Assembly (NCBI GenBank): GCA_965240325.2
Contig: OZ251232.1
Location: 248,001-312,000 of the forward strand
Source: Rebecca billardiae RCC1528
Lineage: Eukaryota; Protista; Haptophyta
Direction of reading: 5' to 3'
DNA length: 64,000 nt
In this document: positions 43,790-54,302 of the stretch, piece by piece
Position numbering within the stretch: the first letter of the stretch is position 1
How the letters are laid out: each line of letters starts with the position of its first letter
Translations under genes and position numbers: made by a program
The notes under the pieces: model-generated
Databases searched by the model: none
What the model was told of the DNA's origin: nothing
Seen by the model: the letters and a program-made list of their open reading frames with translations, nothing else

Positions 43790-45031
43790 CTACTCTGCTG
43801 GCCGGACAAACTCGATCAGCATGTGGCTGCCATCATCGCTCTCCCAGTGGCGCGAGTATTCCAGCCCAGCTTCGCTGCCAAGCGCCATCATGCACGTGCC
43901 GGAGTAGCGACGAGACACGTCTACAAGGACGCGAGTACCGGCCGTCCATGTGGCGATGAGGTTCCCGTCAGCGGCGAGCACCTTCATGTCGCGACGCGCA
44001 ACGACGTACTGCATCGTTGCGCAGCGATCTTCGCACCAGTAGGCCTCCGGCACGAAATCGTCGACGTTGAGGTCTGTGCCTGCCTCGCGGTTGACATTCA
44101 AGAGCGCGTTCAGAAGCATCTGGTGAAGGTGAATGTCGTTGTATGCGCGCTCCACGTCAGCAATGGTCTTCAGCTCCGCGCGACCGCTGGTCTCAGGCGT
44201 CATTGTTGGAGCTGCCTTTGCTGAATCAGCTGGTGGCAAAGCAACACCGAGCATGAAGCGATCGCCGACACTCATGTGCCTGGAGACCAGCGTGAATTCG
44301 GCGGTCGCGTCTGCGGCGTTGCCAATGCCTCCACCGAGCAGCAAGAAGAGCTTAGGCGTGGCCTGCAGCCGTGCCGCGGCCGCGGCGAGGCCTTCCTCGT
44401 TGGTCATCTGCAGGGGCGTGTACGTCACCGCGCCAAGACCGCCAGATGGGTTCGAGACGTGGTCGCGGGTGGGCTTAGACAAACCAAGCGCCTGGATGCG
44501 GTCCTTGTTCGCGAGAAGCGCTCCCTCTGAGATGTCGATGGGACAGTAATCTGTGAGTGCGTGTGCACGCGCACTCGCAGCGACGAGCTGCGCAACCTTC
44601 TCACCATTGCCTGCGGAGAGCTCCGTGATGGCAAGCCTTGTATCAGCGCGCGCCGCGTGCATCGCGTCATCATCGTGAGCTGGGCACACGATCTCGGCAG
44701 CGTAGCGGGAGAGCAAGCCGTGTTCGACGCGCGTCAAAAAGTAGGCGTCGCTGCGACAGAGCTTCTCGTAGAGCTCCGAGCCATGCGCATCGTACTGGAA
44801 GCGCGGGTCGATCCATGGCTCACTCGCTGCGAGGCCCGCGAGCACGCCGTCGAGCTCGGAGAGCTTGCTGGTTGCTTGCGGGGCGGCAGAGGCGACCGTG
44901 TGCTGCGCATGCAAGGTAGACTGCTGCGACGGGCGCCGCCACCGCCACTCAGCAAGACGATGCGACGTGAGCGAGATCGACGAGAGTGGGCGACCCACAC
45001 CGACAGGGCGAGACGACGCGGCCCGGAGCAT
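43790..45031 (-). CDS. EgtD-like histidine-specific SAM-dependent methyltransferase (Methyltransf_33) with transit-like N-terminus
   Basis: IDPRFQYDAHGSELYEKLC....YFLTRVE, ELSAGNGEKV, YCPIDISEGAL, LLLGGGIGN, LGV, ERAYND and N.L.N.NRE. Likely start MLRAASSR at 45031. Confidence 0.82.
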   Translation of the reverse strand: MLRAASSRPVGVGRPLSSISLTSHRLAEWRWRRPSQQSTLHAQHTVASAAPQATSKLSELDGVLAGLAASEPWIDPRFQYDAHGSELYEKLCRSDAYFLTRVEHGLLSRYAAEIVCPAHDDDAMHAARADTRLAITELSAGNGEKVAQLVAASARAHALTDYCPIDISEGALLANKDRIQALGLSKPTRDHVSNPSGGLGAVTYTPLQMTNEEGLAAAAARLQATPKLFLLLGGGIGNAADATAEFTLVSRHMSVGDRFMLGVALPPADSAKAAPTMTPETSGRAELKTIADVERAYNDIHLHQMLLNALLNVNREAGTDLNVDDFVPEAYWCEDRCATMQYVVARRDMKVLAADGNLIATWTAGTRVLVDVSRRYSGTCMMALGSEAGLEYSRHWESDDGSHMLIEFVRPAE

Positions 45032-45857
45032 GCTGTGCGTGCTCGTGCTGTTGTGTCCCCGCCGAGCGACCTCGGCACGTGCCCGCAGTCCCGCACGTCT
45101 GCCCAAGTTTTTAAGGCGTGAGTTTACTCCGGCAAGAATAAGAGACGCACACAGCTCAGGCAATTCATTGATTCCTCGGCGGATTTTTTTCCGCCGGGTC
45201 AAGAATGGCCCTTTACAGGGGGGTCCAGATGGTGGCGGGTACTTCGATGGTGGCTGGCCAGGTAGTGCGGCACGTCCGTGCCTCTGGACGGGCATTGAGC
45301 CGTGGCGAGGTCGCCAAATCGCGCGGCGTGGTCCCAGAGAAGGCTGCTGCTATCACTGACCAGCTTGCTAGCCATGCCGGTCGTTGATCACCCCGCCGTT
45401 GACAGGCGCGCACACGCCACGCGTAATCGCATGGCAGCCGTGTCGGACGGCGGTCGCACGACTACCGCGTAGCCAACATTGATCGTCAGACTCACGACTT
45501 GTGGGGTCAGGCAGAACATTGATAGGTCTGCACCCTCGCCTGGCATGCCCCAGAGGTCAACACAGCCATCAGAAGGGTGATCCTGCCCACTACTTGCCCA
45601 TCCTTCCCATGCGCAGTCTCGCGCGCGCCGGTCACACGATGACGTGGACGTGGACGTGAGAGTGGTCGAAAAGTCGGAAGGGAAGCTGTCACTCACGCAC
45701 GCGCGCTCGTACGGCGACGCCGACCGGCGAGTGCAACGCCCCCCTGTCCCGGACGTTGCACTCGCGCCTTGGATCGCGGTGGGACGGCCATTCACGCCCG
45801 CCATGGCTTCCCTTCAAAACTCCCCAACTTCATCTGGACCCCCCTGTACTTGTATTG

Positions 45858-46988
45858 ATGTATCAAGCGGGGATGCTCAAGGTTCGCGCCCTCGCCCGCA
45901 GGCACATCCGCGCCGTCTGGGAGCTCACGGTGGCGGATGGCTGGGGCGTACCGGAAGCAGATGTGGCCGATTGGATCACTCTCGCCGAGCGCGACGCCAG
46001 CGGCGCCAGCGCCGCCCTGGGAGCGTTTGATGTGGGCGTTGCCGGTGGCGAAGGCAGCGAGCGGCTGGCGGCATGCGCGATGACGCTGCGACAGGATGCC
46101 CGCACCATCTGGATGAGCTACGTGCTCACGAACGCATCGCACCGGGGTCAAGGGATCGCCCATCGTCTCTGCGACGAGCTCTTCTCGCGCGCGGGTGAGG
46201 GCGAGTCCGTCGCCGGCATCGGCCGCGCGCTCCCGCTATACACGAAGAATGGCATGCGCCCTCTGGACCCGGTCACACGCTTTGGTCTGGACTTGCCGGG
46301 CTGTAGCGGAGCGGCACCCACGGCATCGGCGCTCGGGGAGAGCCCATCCGCCACGAAGGCGGCGCCCCTCACTGCGCACGGCCTCGAGATGGTGCTCGCC
46401 ACACACGCCGCGCGGCACGGGGGCTACCGCGAGTGTGACTGGCAGGGGATTCGCAAGGACGCGCTGCGGCGCTGGCACGCGGAGGCGCCTCACCTGTGCT
46501 TCGCGGTGCACGACACGGCGGCGGGTGTTGCGAGTGACGCGCCCCCGCTCGCGTGGTCTCTGGCACGCCGCCGCCTCGACGGCGAGCTCATGCTCGGCCC
46601 CGTGTACGCAGGCGCGTGCATCGAGAAGGACGGGCGTGCGCGCGATGCCGTGCGCAGCCTCGTGGCCGCGACTGTGCGCGGGGCGATGTCAGCTGCTCAC
46701 GGGCCGGATGCCGATCGGCCGCCCACGCGGCTGCTCGCGTACGCCGGCTGCCACGCAGGCGGCCAAGCTCTGCTCGAAGAGCTTGGCTTCGCCGTGAACT
46801 TGGGTGGCGTCCACCTGCTCGTGCGCCCACCTGGCGCGGGTCCTTGGGAGGGGGCTGCTGATGGCGCCGTCGAGCGGCTCGAGGCGGGGCTCGAGCCCGC
46901 TCCGATCCACGCCGAGGTCGGCGGCTGCCTTGCAGGCGGCAGATTCCCGGCCGGGCAGATCATCAGCGCCGGGCACGACTTTGCCTAG
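45858..46988 (+). CDS. GNAT-family N-acetyltransferase (two-domain)
   Basis: WMSYVLTNASHRGQGIA (motif A), GRALPLYTKNGM, second-domain LGPVYA and LLEELGF. Confidence 0.8.
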   Translation: MYQAGMLKVRALARRHIRAVWELTVADGWGVPEADVADWITLAERDASGASAALGAFDVGVAGGEGSERLAACAMTLRQDARTIWMSYVLTNASHRGQGIAHRLCDELFSRAGEGESVAGIGRALPLYTKNGMRPLDPVTRFGLDLPGCSGAAPTASALGESPSATKAAPLTAHGLEMVLATHAARHGGYRECDWQGIRKDALRRWHAEAPHLCFAVHDTAAGVASDAPPLAWSLARRRLDGELMLGPVYAGACIEKDGRARDAVRSLVAATVRGAMSAAHGPDADRPPTRLLAYAGCHAGGQALLEELGFAVNLGGVHLLVRPPGAGPWEGAADGAVERLEAGLEPAPIHAEVGGCLAGGRFPAGQIISAGHDFA

Positions 46989-48371
46989 CGCATTATCGCC
47001 CGCCACCCGACACTCCCGGCGACAGCTAGCAGATTCTCAGACTCGGTCTCGGACGAGCCGAGCGACGCGCACGGGCGCAGCCCACTGACGATGACTGAAT
47101 TATTATATATCCTGATGAGTTTTCCTCTCCTCTCAGACTCAGTGACGGGGTACTGAGCCTCTCCAGAGTCCAGCCCCAGGCGGCTGGCTGCGGCATCAAC
47201 CGTCCAGATGGCAGACGGGTCGAAGTACCCGACGGTACTATACTGGTTATGGTACTGCGTCTACTGCCTGTGACAGGGCTGCAGTGCTGCACTCTGCAGG
47301 CGAAACGGCTGAGCTGCCAGTTACGTATATGGCGGCCGTTTGCCCGGCGCTGACCACATTTCCGTGGCCCAGCGCTTTTCGCATCCGTTTGTGAGGACCG
47401 ACACCGGCCACCGCCCGCTCGTCCGCACGGACGACGCTGCTGACGACGTCCGCAGGTCTCCGACACTGTGTGGTACTGGTATTGCCTATTGGTCAGCCCT
47501 GGCACCGCCTGGCGCCTGCGTGACCGGCCGGAACTGGTAAGGCGGAATAAACATCATAGTTCGATCGGCATCGATACTAAAAGACGATTCCAATGATCGA
47601 TCGGATCTCTCTCTCTCTCTCTAGCTCTCTCTCAGGGAGTCAGACTGGACCGTGCCCGGGTCGGTCGGACGGCGGCGCCGTTGAGTCAGCCGACCTAGTG
47701 CGTCGGGCATATTCTGGCACGGACACTGATATGGTGACAGACAGGTGCCAACACCACACGTCACCGGCACGGGCCGCTGCTGGTCCTAGCGGCGTCGAAG
47801 CTAGGAATTTGCAGGCTCCGCCGCCAGAGTCCGCACCTGCACCGCGAGCCGTCCGCTACCGCTGAGTGGGCCACCGGCGCAATGGGCAACATTGTCGCAA
47901 CTGCGGTCGGGTGCTTCCGCCTGTCGCCGCTGGCACTGTTGAGGAGACAGATGAGACGAGGCTCAAGGCGGCGCGGCTTAGGCGCAGGTACGTGCTTCCT
48001 CACTCAGCCGCAGCTCGTGCCCCGAGTTGATCGCATCGCGCGCCAGGCAGGTGCTCACGGCTGGCTGAGGCCGGCGCCTCGGCGCGGGCTGCTCATTCTG
48101 AGGCGACGCTCACATGCGCGCTGATCGTAGGCGCGGCAAAGTCGACAAGAAGCAAGCTGCGGGGTGCAGTGCGGAGCACGGCAGCGTTCCGATGCCACGC
48201 AAGCAACGCGCCGCCTTCGCACGGCAACTCGAAGGCCGCAGCGACCCGCGCTGCGCGCCCTTGCGCGAGCGAGATCATTATTTTTTCCCGCGTAAGAGCG
48301 CGGGTCCGGACGTCCCCCGGAACGCGGCCCCTTCCTCCGCTCGGCGCTCGGAGTTATCGGCCGGCCACGCG

Positions 48372-49742
48372 ATGCTGCTTCCCTGCGCGACGTCCAGCAC
48401 GGCACTAGCTGTCGCGCTAACCGCGTGGGTCGCGGCGGGCGGCATCGGCACGCGTGCGGCAGCGTCGCGCGCAGGCCCCACCCGCCGGGCGTTGTCGTCG
48501 TCGACCTTCGCCATGGCTGCCCGCCCAGGGGCGCCGCGTCGCCCGCCAAAGCTGCTGGGCCCTGTGGAGATTGCGTTCTTGGGCACGTGCTCTTCGGCGC
48601 CGTCGCTCACGCGGAATCAGCAGAGCACGGCCGTGCGACTCGGCGGCGAGACGTGGATCTTCGACTGTGGCGAGGCCACCCAGCTGCAGATGATGCGCGC
48701 GCGCTGGCGCACGTCGCAGGTCACCCGCATCTTCATCTCGCACATGCACGGCGACCATGTGCTCGGACTGCCGGGCATGCTCTGCAACGTTGCGAGCGCG
48801 AGCGGCGCAGGGCCGCACCACATCACGATCATCGGCCCGGCGGGGCTGCGCGGCTGGCTGCGCGTGAGCCTGTGTCACACGCACGCGTACCTCAACGACG
48901 CCACCTACAGCGTGAACGAGCTGACCGGCCTGCGCGCGCAGCCCGAGGCACCGGGTGGCCAGCCGATGCCTCAGCTGCGCCCGCCGGCGCTCGACTTCCT
49001 GCACCCGAATGAGCTGCCTGGCGAGGACATCGCGCCCGACGCGGACGGCGTGTGGCGCATCCCGCGGCTCGACGGCGAGCCGCCCGTCAGCGTGGCCGCC
49101 GCCGAGCTCTCGCACCGCGTGCCCACGGTCGGGTACGCCATGCACGAGGAGGTGAGACCGGGCGCGCTCGACGCGGCCAAGCTGCGGCCCGTGCTCGAGC
49201 GCGAGGGGCTGCCGCCGTCGGCGATCGGCCGGCTGAAGGCGGAGGGCTCGATCGCGCTGCCCTCGGGCGGCACCCTCGATGCGAGCCCATACCTCACGCC
49301 CGCCACGCGGCGCAAGATCGTCGTGCTCGGCGACCTGCGCTCTGCGAGCAGCGCGATGGTCGCGCTGGGCGACGGGTGCGACCTCCTCGTGCACGAGGCG
49401 ACCAACGCGTGCCTGCGCGCGTACGCCAAGGACGAGGCCGAGGTCGAGGCGTCGGCGATCCAGAAGGGGCACTCCACGCCGCAGATGGCCGGGCGGCTGG
49501 CGCGCCGCATGCGCGCGCGCGCGCTGGCGCTCACGCACTTCAGCGCGCAGTATTCGGGCGCCACCGACGAGGCGAGCCTTGCGACCATGGATGAGATCGC
49601 TGGGATGGCGCGGGCCGAGGCGGGCGACGGCGTGCGCGTCATCGCCGCGCGCGACCTCCTCACGATGCGCATGGCCATCGATGGCGAGCTCGATGTAGAC
49701 GAGGTCTCGCCGTTACCGGCTTCGGCACCAGCCTGTTCCTGA
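48372..49742 (+). CDS. rnz: Ribonuclease Z, short form (tRNase ZS/ELAC1-like), probable organellar targeting peptide
   Basis: FLGTCSSAPSLTRN, FDCGEATQ, IFISHMHGDHVLGLPG, HRVPTVGY, GD, HEAT, HSTP and THFSAQY. Confidence 0.93.
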   Translation: MLLPCATSSTALAVALTAWVAAGGIGTRAAASRAGPTRRALSSSTFAMAARPGAPRRPPKLLGPVEIAFLGTCSSAPSLTRNQQSTAVRLGGETWIFDCGEATQLQMMRARWRTSQVTRIFISHMHGDHVLGLPGMLCNVASASGAGPHHITIIGPAGLRGWLRVSLCHTHAYLNDATYSVNELTGLRAQPEAPGGQPMPQLRPPALDFLHPNELPGEDIAPDADGVWRIPRLDGEPPVSVAAAELSHRVPTVGYAMHEEVRPGALDAAKLRPVLEREGLPPSAIGRLKAEGSIALPSGGTLDASPYLTPATRRKIVVLGDLRSASSAMVALGDGCDLLVHEATNACLRAYAKDEAEVEASAIQKGHSTPQMAGRLARRMRARALALTHFSAQYSGATDEASLATMDEIAGMARAEAGDGVRVIAARDLLTMRMAIDGELDVDEVSPLPASAPACS

Positions 49743-52503
49743 CGCTGCAGTGACGCACGCTCGTTGGGACGAGTCTGACTGAGGAGTCCGTCTCGTGCGG
49801 CCTCGCACCTACGATTAACGATGGCCATGAGGTGCGACCACCGCGGCCGCCACCGGGTGGCCGCGAGGTGGCCCGTCCGGCGAGACAGACTCGTCGAAAT
49901 CGTTGGTCACGGGCCCACGCGAGGCCCGTCTGGCCGCGTCGCACGACGCACGTAATCGATTCACGATTCGGGACGATTGGCCCCGATTTGGCGATTGGTA
50001 TTTGGTTAGACGGTGAGTGCGATCCAGCCGCGCGGTGACTCACTGAGCCGCGCGCCCGCTTTCGCCAGCAATTGTGACGTTCGCGCAGTCACTCAAAGTG
50101 ATATATGAGTCGGTCGCTCAGCACTCAGCAGCCGCGCGGGCTGCCCGGAGGACCGCCCCGATACTGGATACGCTCATACAGTTACTGCACTAGCAGTTAA
50201 TAATGTAGTGACTCTGGCTGGTACTTATGGCGGGCCGTAGCCGTAGGTCCGCCCCTTGTCGTCACACAACAGTGCCCGGGGAAAAGATAAGAAAAGAAAA
50301 ATAAAAAGAAAATCGCCTCGCAAATAAAAGAAAATCGCCTCGCTCGGGCGCCCTCGCAGCTCCCACTGGGGGCGCTCGGCCGAAAAAGGTCTTGGCCATG
50401 GCGCGGAGCGCGTGGGCCGCGCGCGCCAAATCCAACGCCGGCGCGGACATCGCGCGGGGATTCCCGGACGGAGTTTTCGCCCGATTCGCGATTGCTGCCC
50501 TCGTCGTCTCGCGTGCAGGTCGAACGGGGGCCAAAGTCGACGCGTTATTGGAGGTACGCTCGGCGCGTCGACACGATCGTGCGACCTGGGGCGGTCCTCG
50601 CCCGACTTGCACGGCGAGCGCTCGCACGGGCCATAGTATCAAGCGCTGCGCACGATGGCCGCCTCGCACGATCCACCGCCGCGCGTCGGGCTCGGTGCGG
50701 AAACGCATTCATCACGAGGTGTCTCGCGGGCGGGAAGCGCCATCGCACGCGAGGCAAGATTTGGCGCGGCCTTCTGAACTCGATCGCCGGAATCCGCGCA
50801 CCGGACTATATATCTGTCGCGGTCCCTCAGCCGAAGCCCACCTCCGGCCTGCATGGCGTCGACGGTGACCAATGCGACGGAAGCGCAGCGCCAACGGCGT
50901 ACGACGCGCAGCGGACGCACCTCCCGGGTCTGTCGCCGTGGCAGCAACCGCGTCATCGCGAGTTGGCGACCCTCGCCGCAGCGCGACACAGACAAGCCCG
51001 TGATGCCATCCGCAGAGAGATGAAACGTCGAGCATGCAACATCGCCGCGCCATCCTCGTCCATGGCGCAGGCGCTGCGGGACGAGGCGGAAGTCGTCACG
51101 CCGGTGACGGATGCGCTGCGATTCGTGTGCCCGCGTGAGCAGCGCTTGCCCACTCTCGATCGCGAGTGGCACACGCTGTCGCTGTGCGCGCGCGCGCGCA
51201 CAACCAACAGCTCCTCGTTCCGCCGAGCACGCGAGCGCCAGACCTGTCGAAGATGCGAAGAGCGACGACCGCGTGAACGTCAACGCGCTCGTGCTCAGCG
51301 TGGCGGCCGTGTACGACGTCAACGCGACCTGCGCCGAGCCCATCATGCCTGGAGCCGACATCGGCAAGCATCCTCGCGACGACCGCTCTCGGCTGGCGGC
51401 AGGAGGACATGCACATGATCTACTCTGGCGGCTTCGTCGGCGGCGAGGCGCTCGATTACGCCATCGCGGTCGACATGCGGCACATACAGCGCGTACCCGC
51501 GCTCGCGCGGAGCAACGGGCTACCCGCCCCGCCCCGCGTGCTGCACATTCCCTCGTGGGTGTGGACCTCGCTGATGCGCATACTACTAAGAGTACAGACC
51601 GTGCCAGACGTGTGTACACGTCGGGGAGCCAACTTCACGTGTCACTGGTCCTTGCACTCGACTGTCCGTCACCCACGGCCACCCCCCCGCCCGCCAGGGC
51701 ACAGTTTAATAAAGTACCGATAGGGCACAGGCGCAAGGCCATTGACAGGCGTAACGTACTTTACAGTACAGTTTTACTTCTAGTAAAAGACCCTTCAGGA
51801 AAGGTTGTGGCCCCACTGCGACCGCCCGGACGAGGGCCGCTCGGAATAGCCGTGAGTGCGACGTCACGCGCCGCTGTTCGGCCTGAGCGCCGCTAATGAG
51901 GCCCTGGCAGCGCCCCATACCCACCATGCGGCCGAGTAGCCCTCTCACGCCTCTCACGACAGCCTGTAAGCCACACCGTGAGCAGCGCGGCAGCCATCGG
52001 AGCCGATCGTCATCACACACACCGTTCAAAATAGAAATGGGAGCAGCTACGGGACGCATCCGCCATGTCTCTTCTCTACAGACGTCACAGCGTTGCGTGT
52101 TGCTGCTCCGGCGGCATCAGCACGCACTCACGCCTATTTCGGGCGTGCAAAGAGCAGCGCGTGCAAGCTGTTGCGGTTCACTGCGTTGCAGATCGCGCGT
52201 CGGTGACAAGGTGGCAGAGACGACGGATGACAGCATGCCGAAGCGGCGCATGCCCTTCCAATTGGTGTCTACTTGCCCACCATCCACCCCGGCGGACGAT
52301 CCGGCGATGGCGCCGCGACTCTGAGCGCGCACAGTAGGCGAGGTGCGCTGGCGGGACGAGCCGGGCGGCATGCCGCCAGTCGGAACCGTCAGCAGGCGGG
52401 CTTTCCGGCGGCAGTCGGGAGCATGGATGTCGCGACCCTGATGGTGACAATGCGGCTCACGCGATAAGGAAGCGGCCGGCAGATTGCAGCAGCAGGGCCC
52501 CAG

Positions 52504-53991
52504 ATGGGCGGCTCCGACGAGACGGCGGGTGCTTCCGAGAGCTCGCCCGCCGTCGAACGAGGGTCTTCGCGCCAGTCCAGCAACATCTACCGCGCAGACG
52601 TGTGGGCCACGCTGAGCCTGGGCGCAATCATGGACGGGACCAACGTGCTCGTCACGCCGTATCTGGCACGGCATGCCTCAAGCGTCGGCCTTATGCCGAT
52701 CGAGACGGGTGCACTCTTCTCTGCCTTGATGGTGGGCGCGCTTTTGATGCTGACGCCGGCGACGCACGTGAGTCGTGCATTCGCCTCGCGCAAGCTGCTT
52801 AGCGCCTGCGGGTTGGCCGGCGCCCTTCTCTCCGGCCTGTTCGCGCTGGTGCTGCCCGCGCTCGAGCGATCGCCGAGAGCCTGGCTTTTGGTCGCGCTCA
52901 CGATCCGCGGCATGCAGGGCGCCGTGTACGCCCTGTGCGAGGTGGACATCGGCGCGCTTCTGATGCACATCGCCGGTTCGGACAAGCCGGAGCTGGCGGC
53001 GCTGCTGGGGTCACAGGCGACGGTCCGTGGCGTGGCGCTGCTCGTCGCGCCGGTCATGGGCGGCTGGCTCTACAGCGTTGGGGGCTTCCGTGTCCCGGGT
53101 GTCGTCGCCGCACTCGCCCTCCTCGGCGCCATGGCGTGGGTTGCATGCAGTCGGAGCATGCCGGCTGGCAGCATGCGCGCAGCCGACGGCTCGGCGGAGA
53201 CTGCGGTCTCCCCCTGGACGCTGATGGCGCTCCCTGCCGTGGCCGGCAACGTGCTGTGCTCGAGCGTGTGCGCCATCACGTATACATCCATGTTCCCCAC
53301 GTTTCCCGTGCACGCGCGCGACCGGCTTGAGATGGGTGTGCAGGAGGTCGGCTACGCCTTTGGCGTGGCGCTGCTGGCCTTCACGCTGGCCGCCCCGCTG
53401 CTCGGCCAGCTTGGCGTGAGGACGAGCCTCCTCGGCGTGTTCGCCGCTGGCACGACTCTGGCAACGTGCGCTCTCGCGTTCACTGGTCCGCCCGCGTGGA
53501 TCCACACGAGCTCGCCGACGGTTGTATACGTGGCGATGGTGGCGGTGGGTGCTGGGCAGGCTGCGATTGTGTGTGGCGGTCCTGCCATGCTCGGCGCAGC
53601 GCGCCAGGCAGGCATGCGCGAGGAGGACACCATGCACTCGGTTTCGTACCTGCAGAACATGCCGTGGGCGGTGGGGTCTATCCTCGGCCCTCTGCTCGGA
53701 GCGTGCCTCGTGCAGGCCTACGGCTACGTCCGTGGGTATTGCACGTTCATGCTGCTGTTCACGAGCGTGCCTGCTGGGCTGCTCGGCCTGGTGGTCGCGT
53801 TCAATGACTCGAGGTCTCCGTGCGAAGCCTGGTGTTGGACCCATCGCACCTGGAGAGGCGTCCTTAAGAATGGTGTGTCGAACGGCGGCAGCAGTCAGCA
53901 ATGGCTCCACGGCGCTGAATCATCGGACGGTGCTGCCGAGTCTCACAAGCAGGTTGGCAGCACACCGATAATTATGATGAGCATGCTGTAA
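52504..53991 (+). CDS. MFS transporter (SLC18B1-like)
   Basis: About 12 hydrophobic helices; IRGMQG, APVMGGWLYSVGGF..P and GSILGPLLG. Confidence 0.85.
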   Translation: MGGSDETAGASESSPAVERGSSRQSSNIYRADVWATLSLGAIMDGTNVLVTPYLARHASSVGLMPIETGALFSALMVGALLMLTPATHVSRAFASRKLLSACGLAGALLSGLFALVLPALERSPRAWLLVALTIRGMQGAVYALCEVDIGALLMHIAGSDKPELAALLGSQATVRGVALLVAPVMGGWLYSVGGFRVPGVVAALALLGAMAWVACSRSMPAGSMRAADGSAETAVSPWTLMALPAVAGNVLCSSVCAITYTSMFPTFPVHARDRLEMGVQEVGYAFGVALLAFTLAAPLLGQLGVRTSLLGVFAAGTTLATCALAFTGPPAWIHTSSPTVVYVAMVAVGAGQAAIVCGGPAMLGAARQAGMREEDTMHSVSYLQNMPWAVGSILGPLLGACLVQAYGYVRGYCTFMLLFTSVPAGLLGLVVAFNDSRSPCEAWCWTHRTWRGVLKNGVSNGGSSQQWLHGAESSDGAAESHKQVGSTPIIMMSML

Positions 53992-54302
53992 CTAGCTTAG
54001 CCAGTCTGGCGGTGGCCGCTGCCGCTGAGCGCAACGTGCGGCCGCACGAGATCTGCGTGAGTGAGTCGTAGTATCAGCATATGCATATCATCATCATCAC
54101 CGGCCTCGTCGTCAGTGACATCGGTGTCAGTGACGCCCGCGGTCATCTGCTCCGATAGTCGATACCATGGCCATGCTGTCCATGGCACGCGGACCGCCGG
54201 GAGTGTGCCACGGTCAGCAGAGCTCTGACCCCGCCGCCACTAGGACGAGCGAGTCGCCGGGCCCCTACTCTCATGAATCTGGCATCTCAGACCTAGAGTT
54301 AA

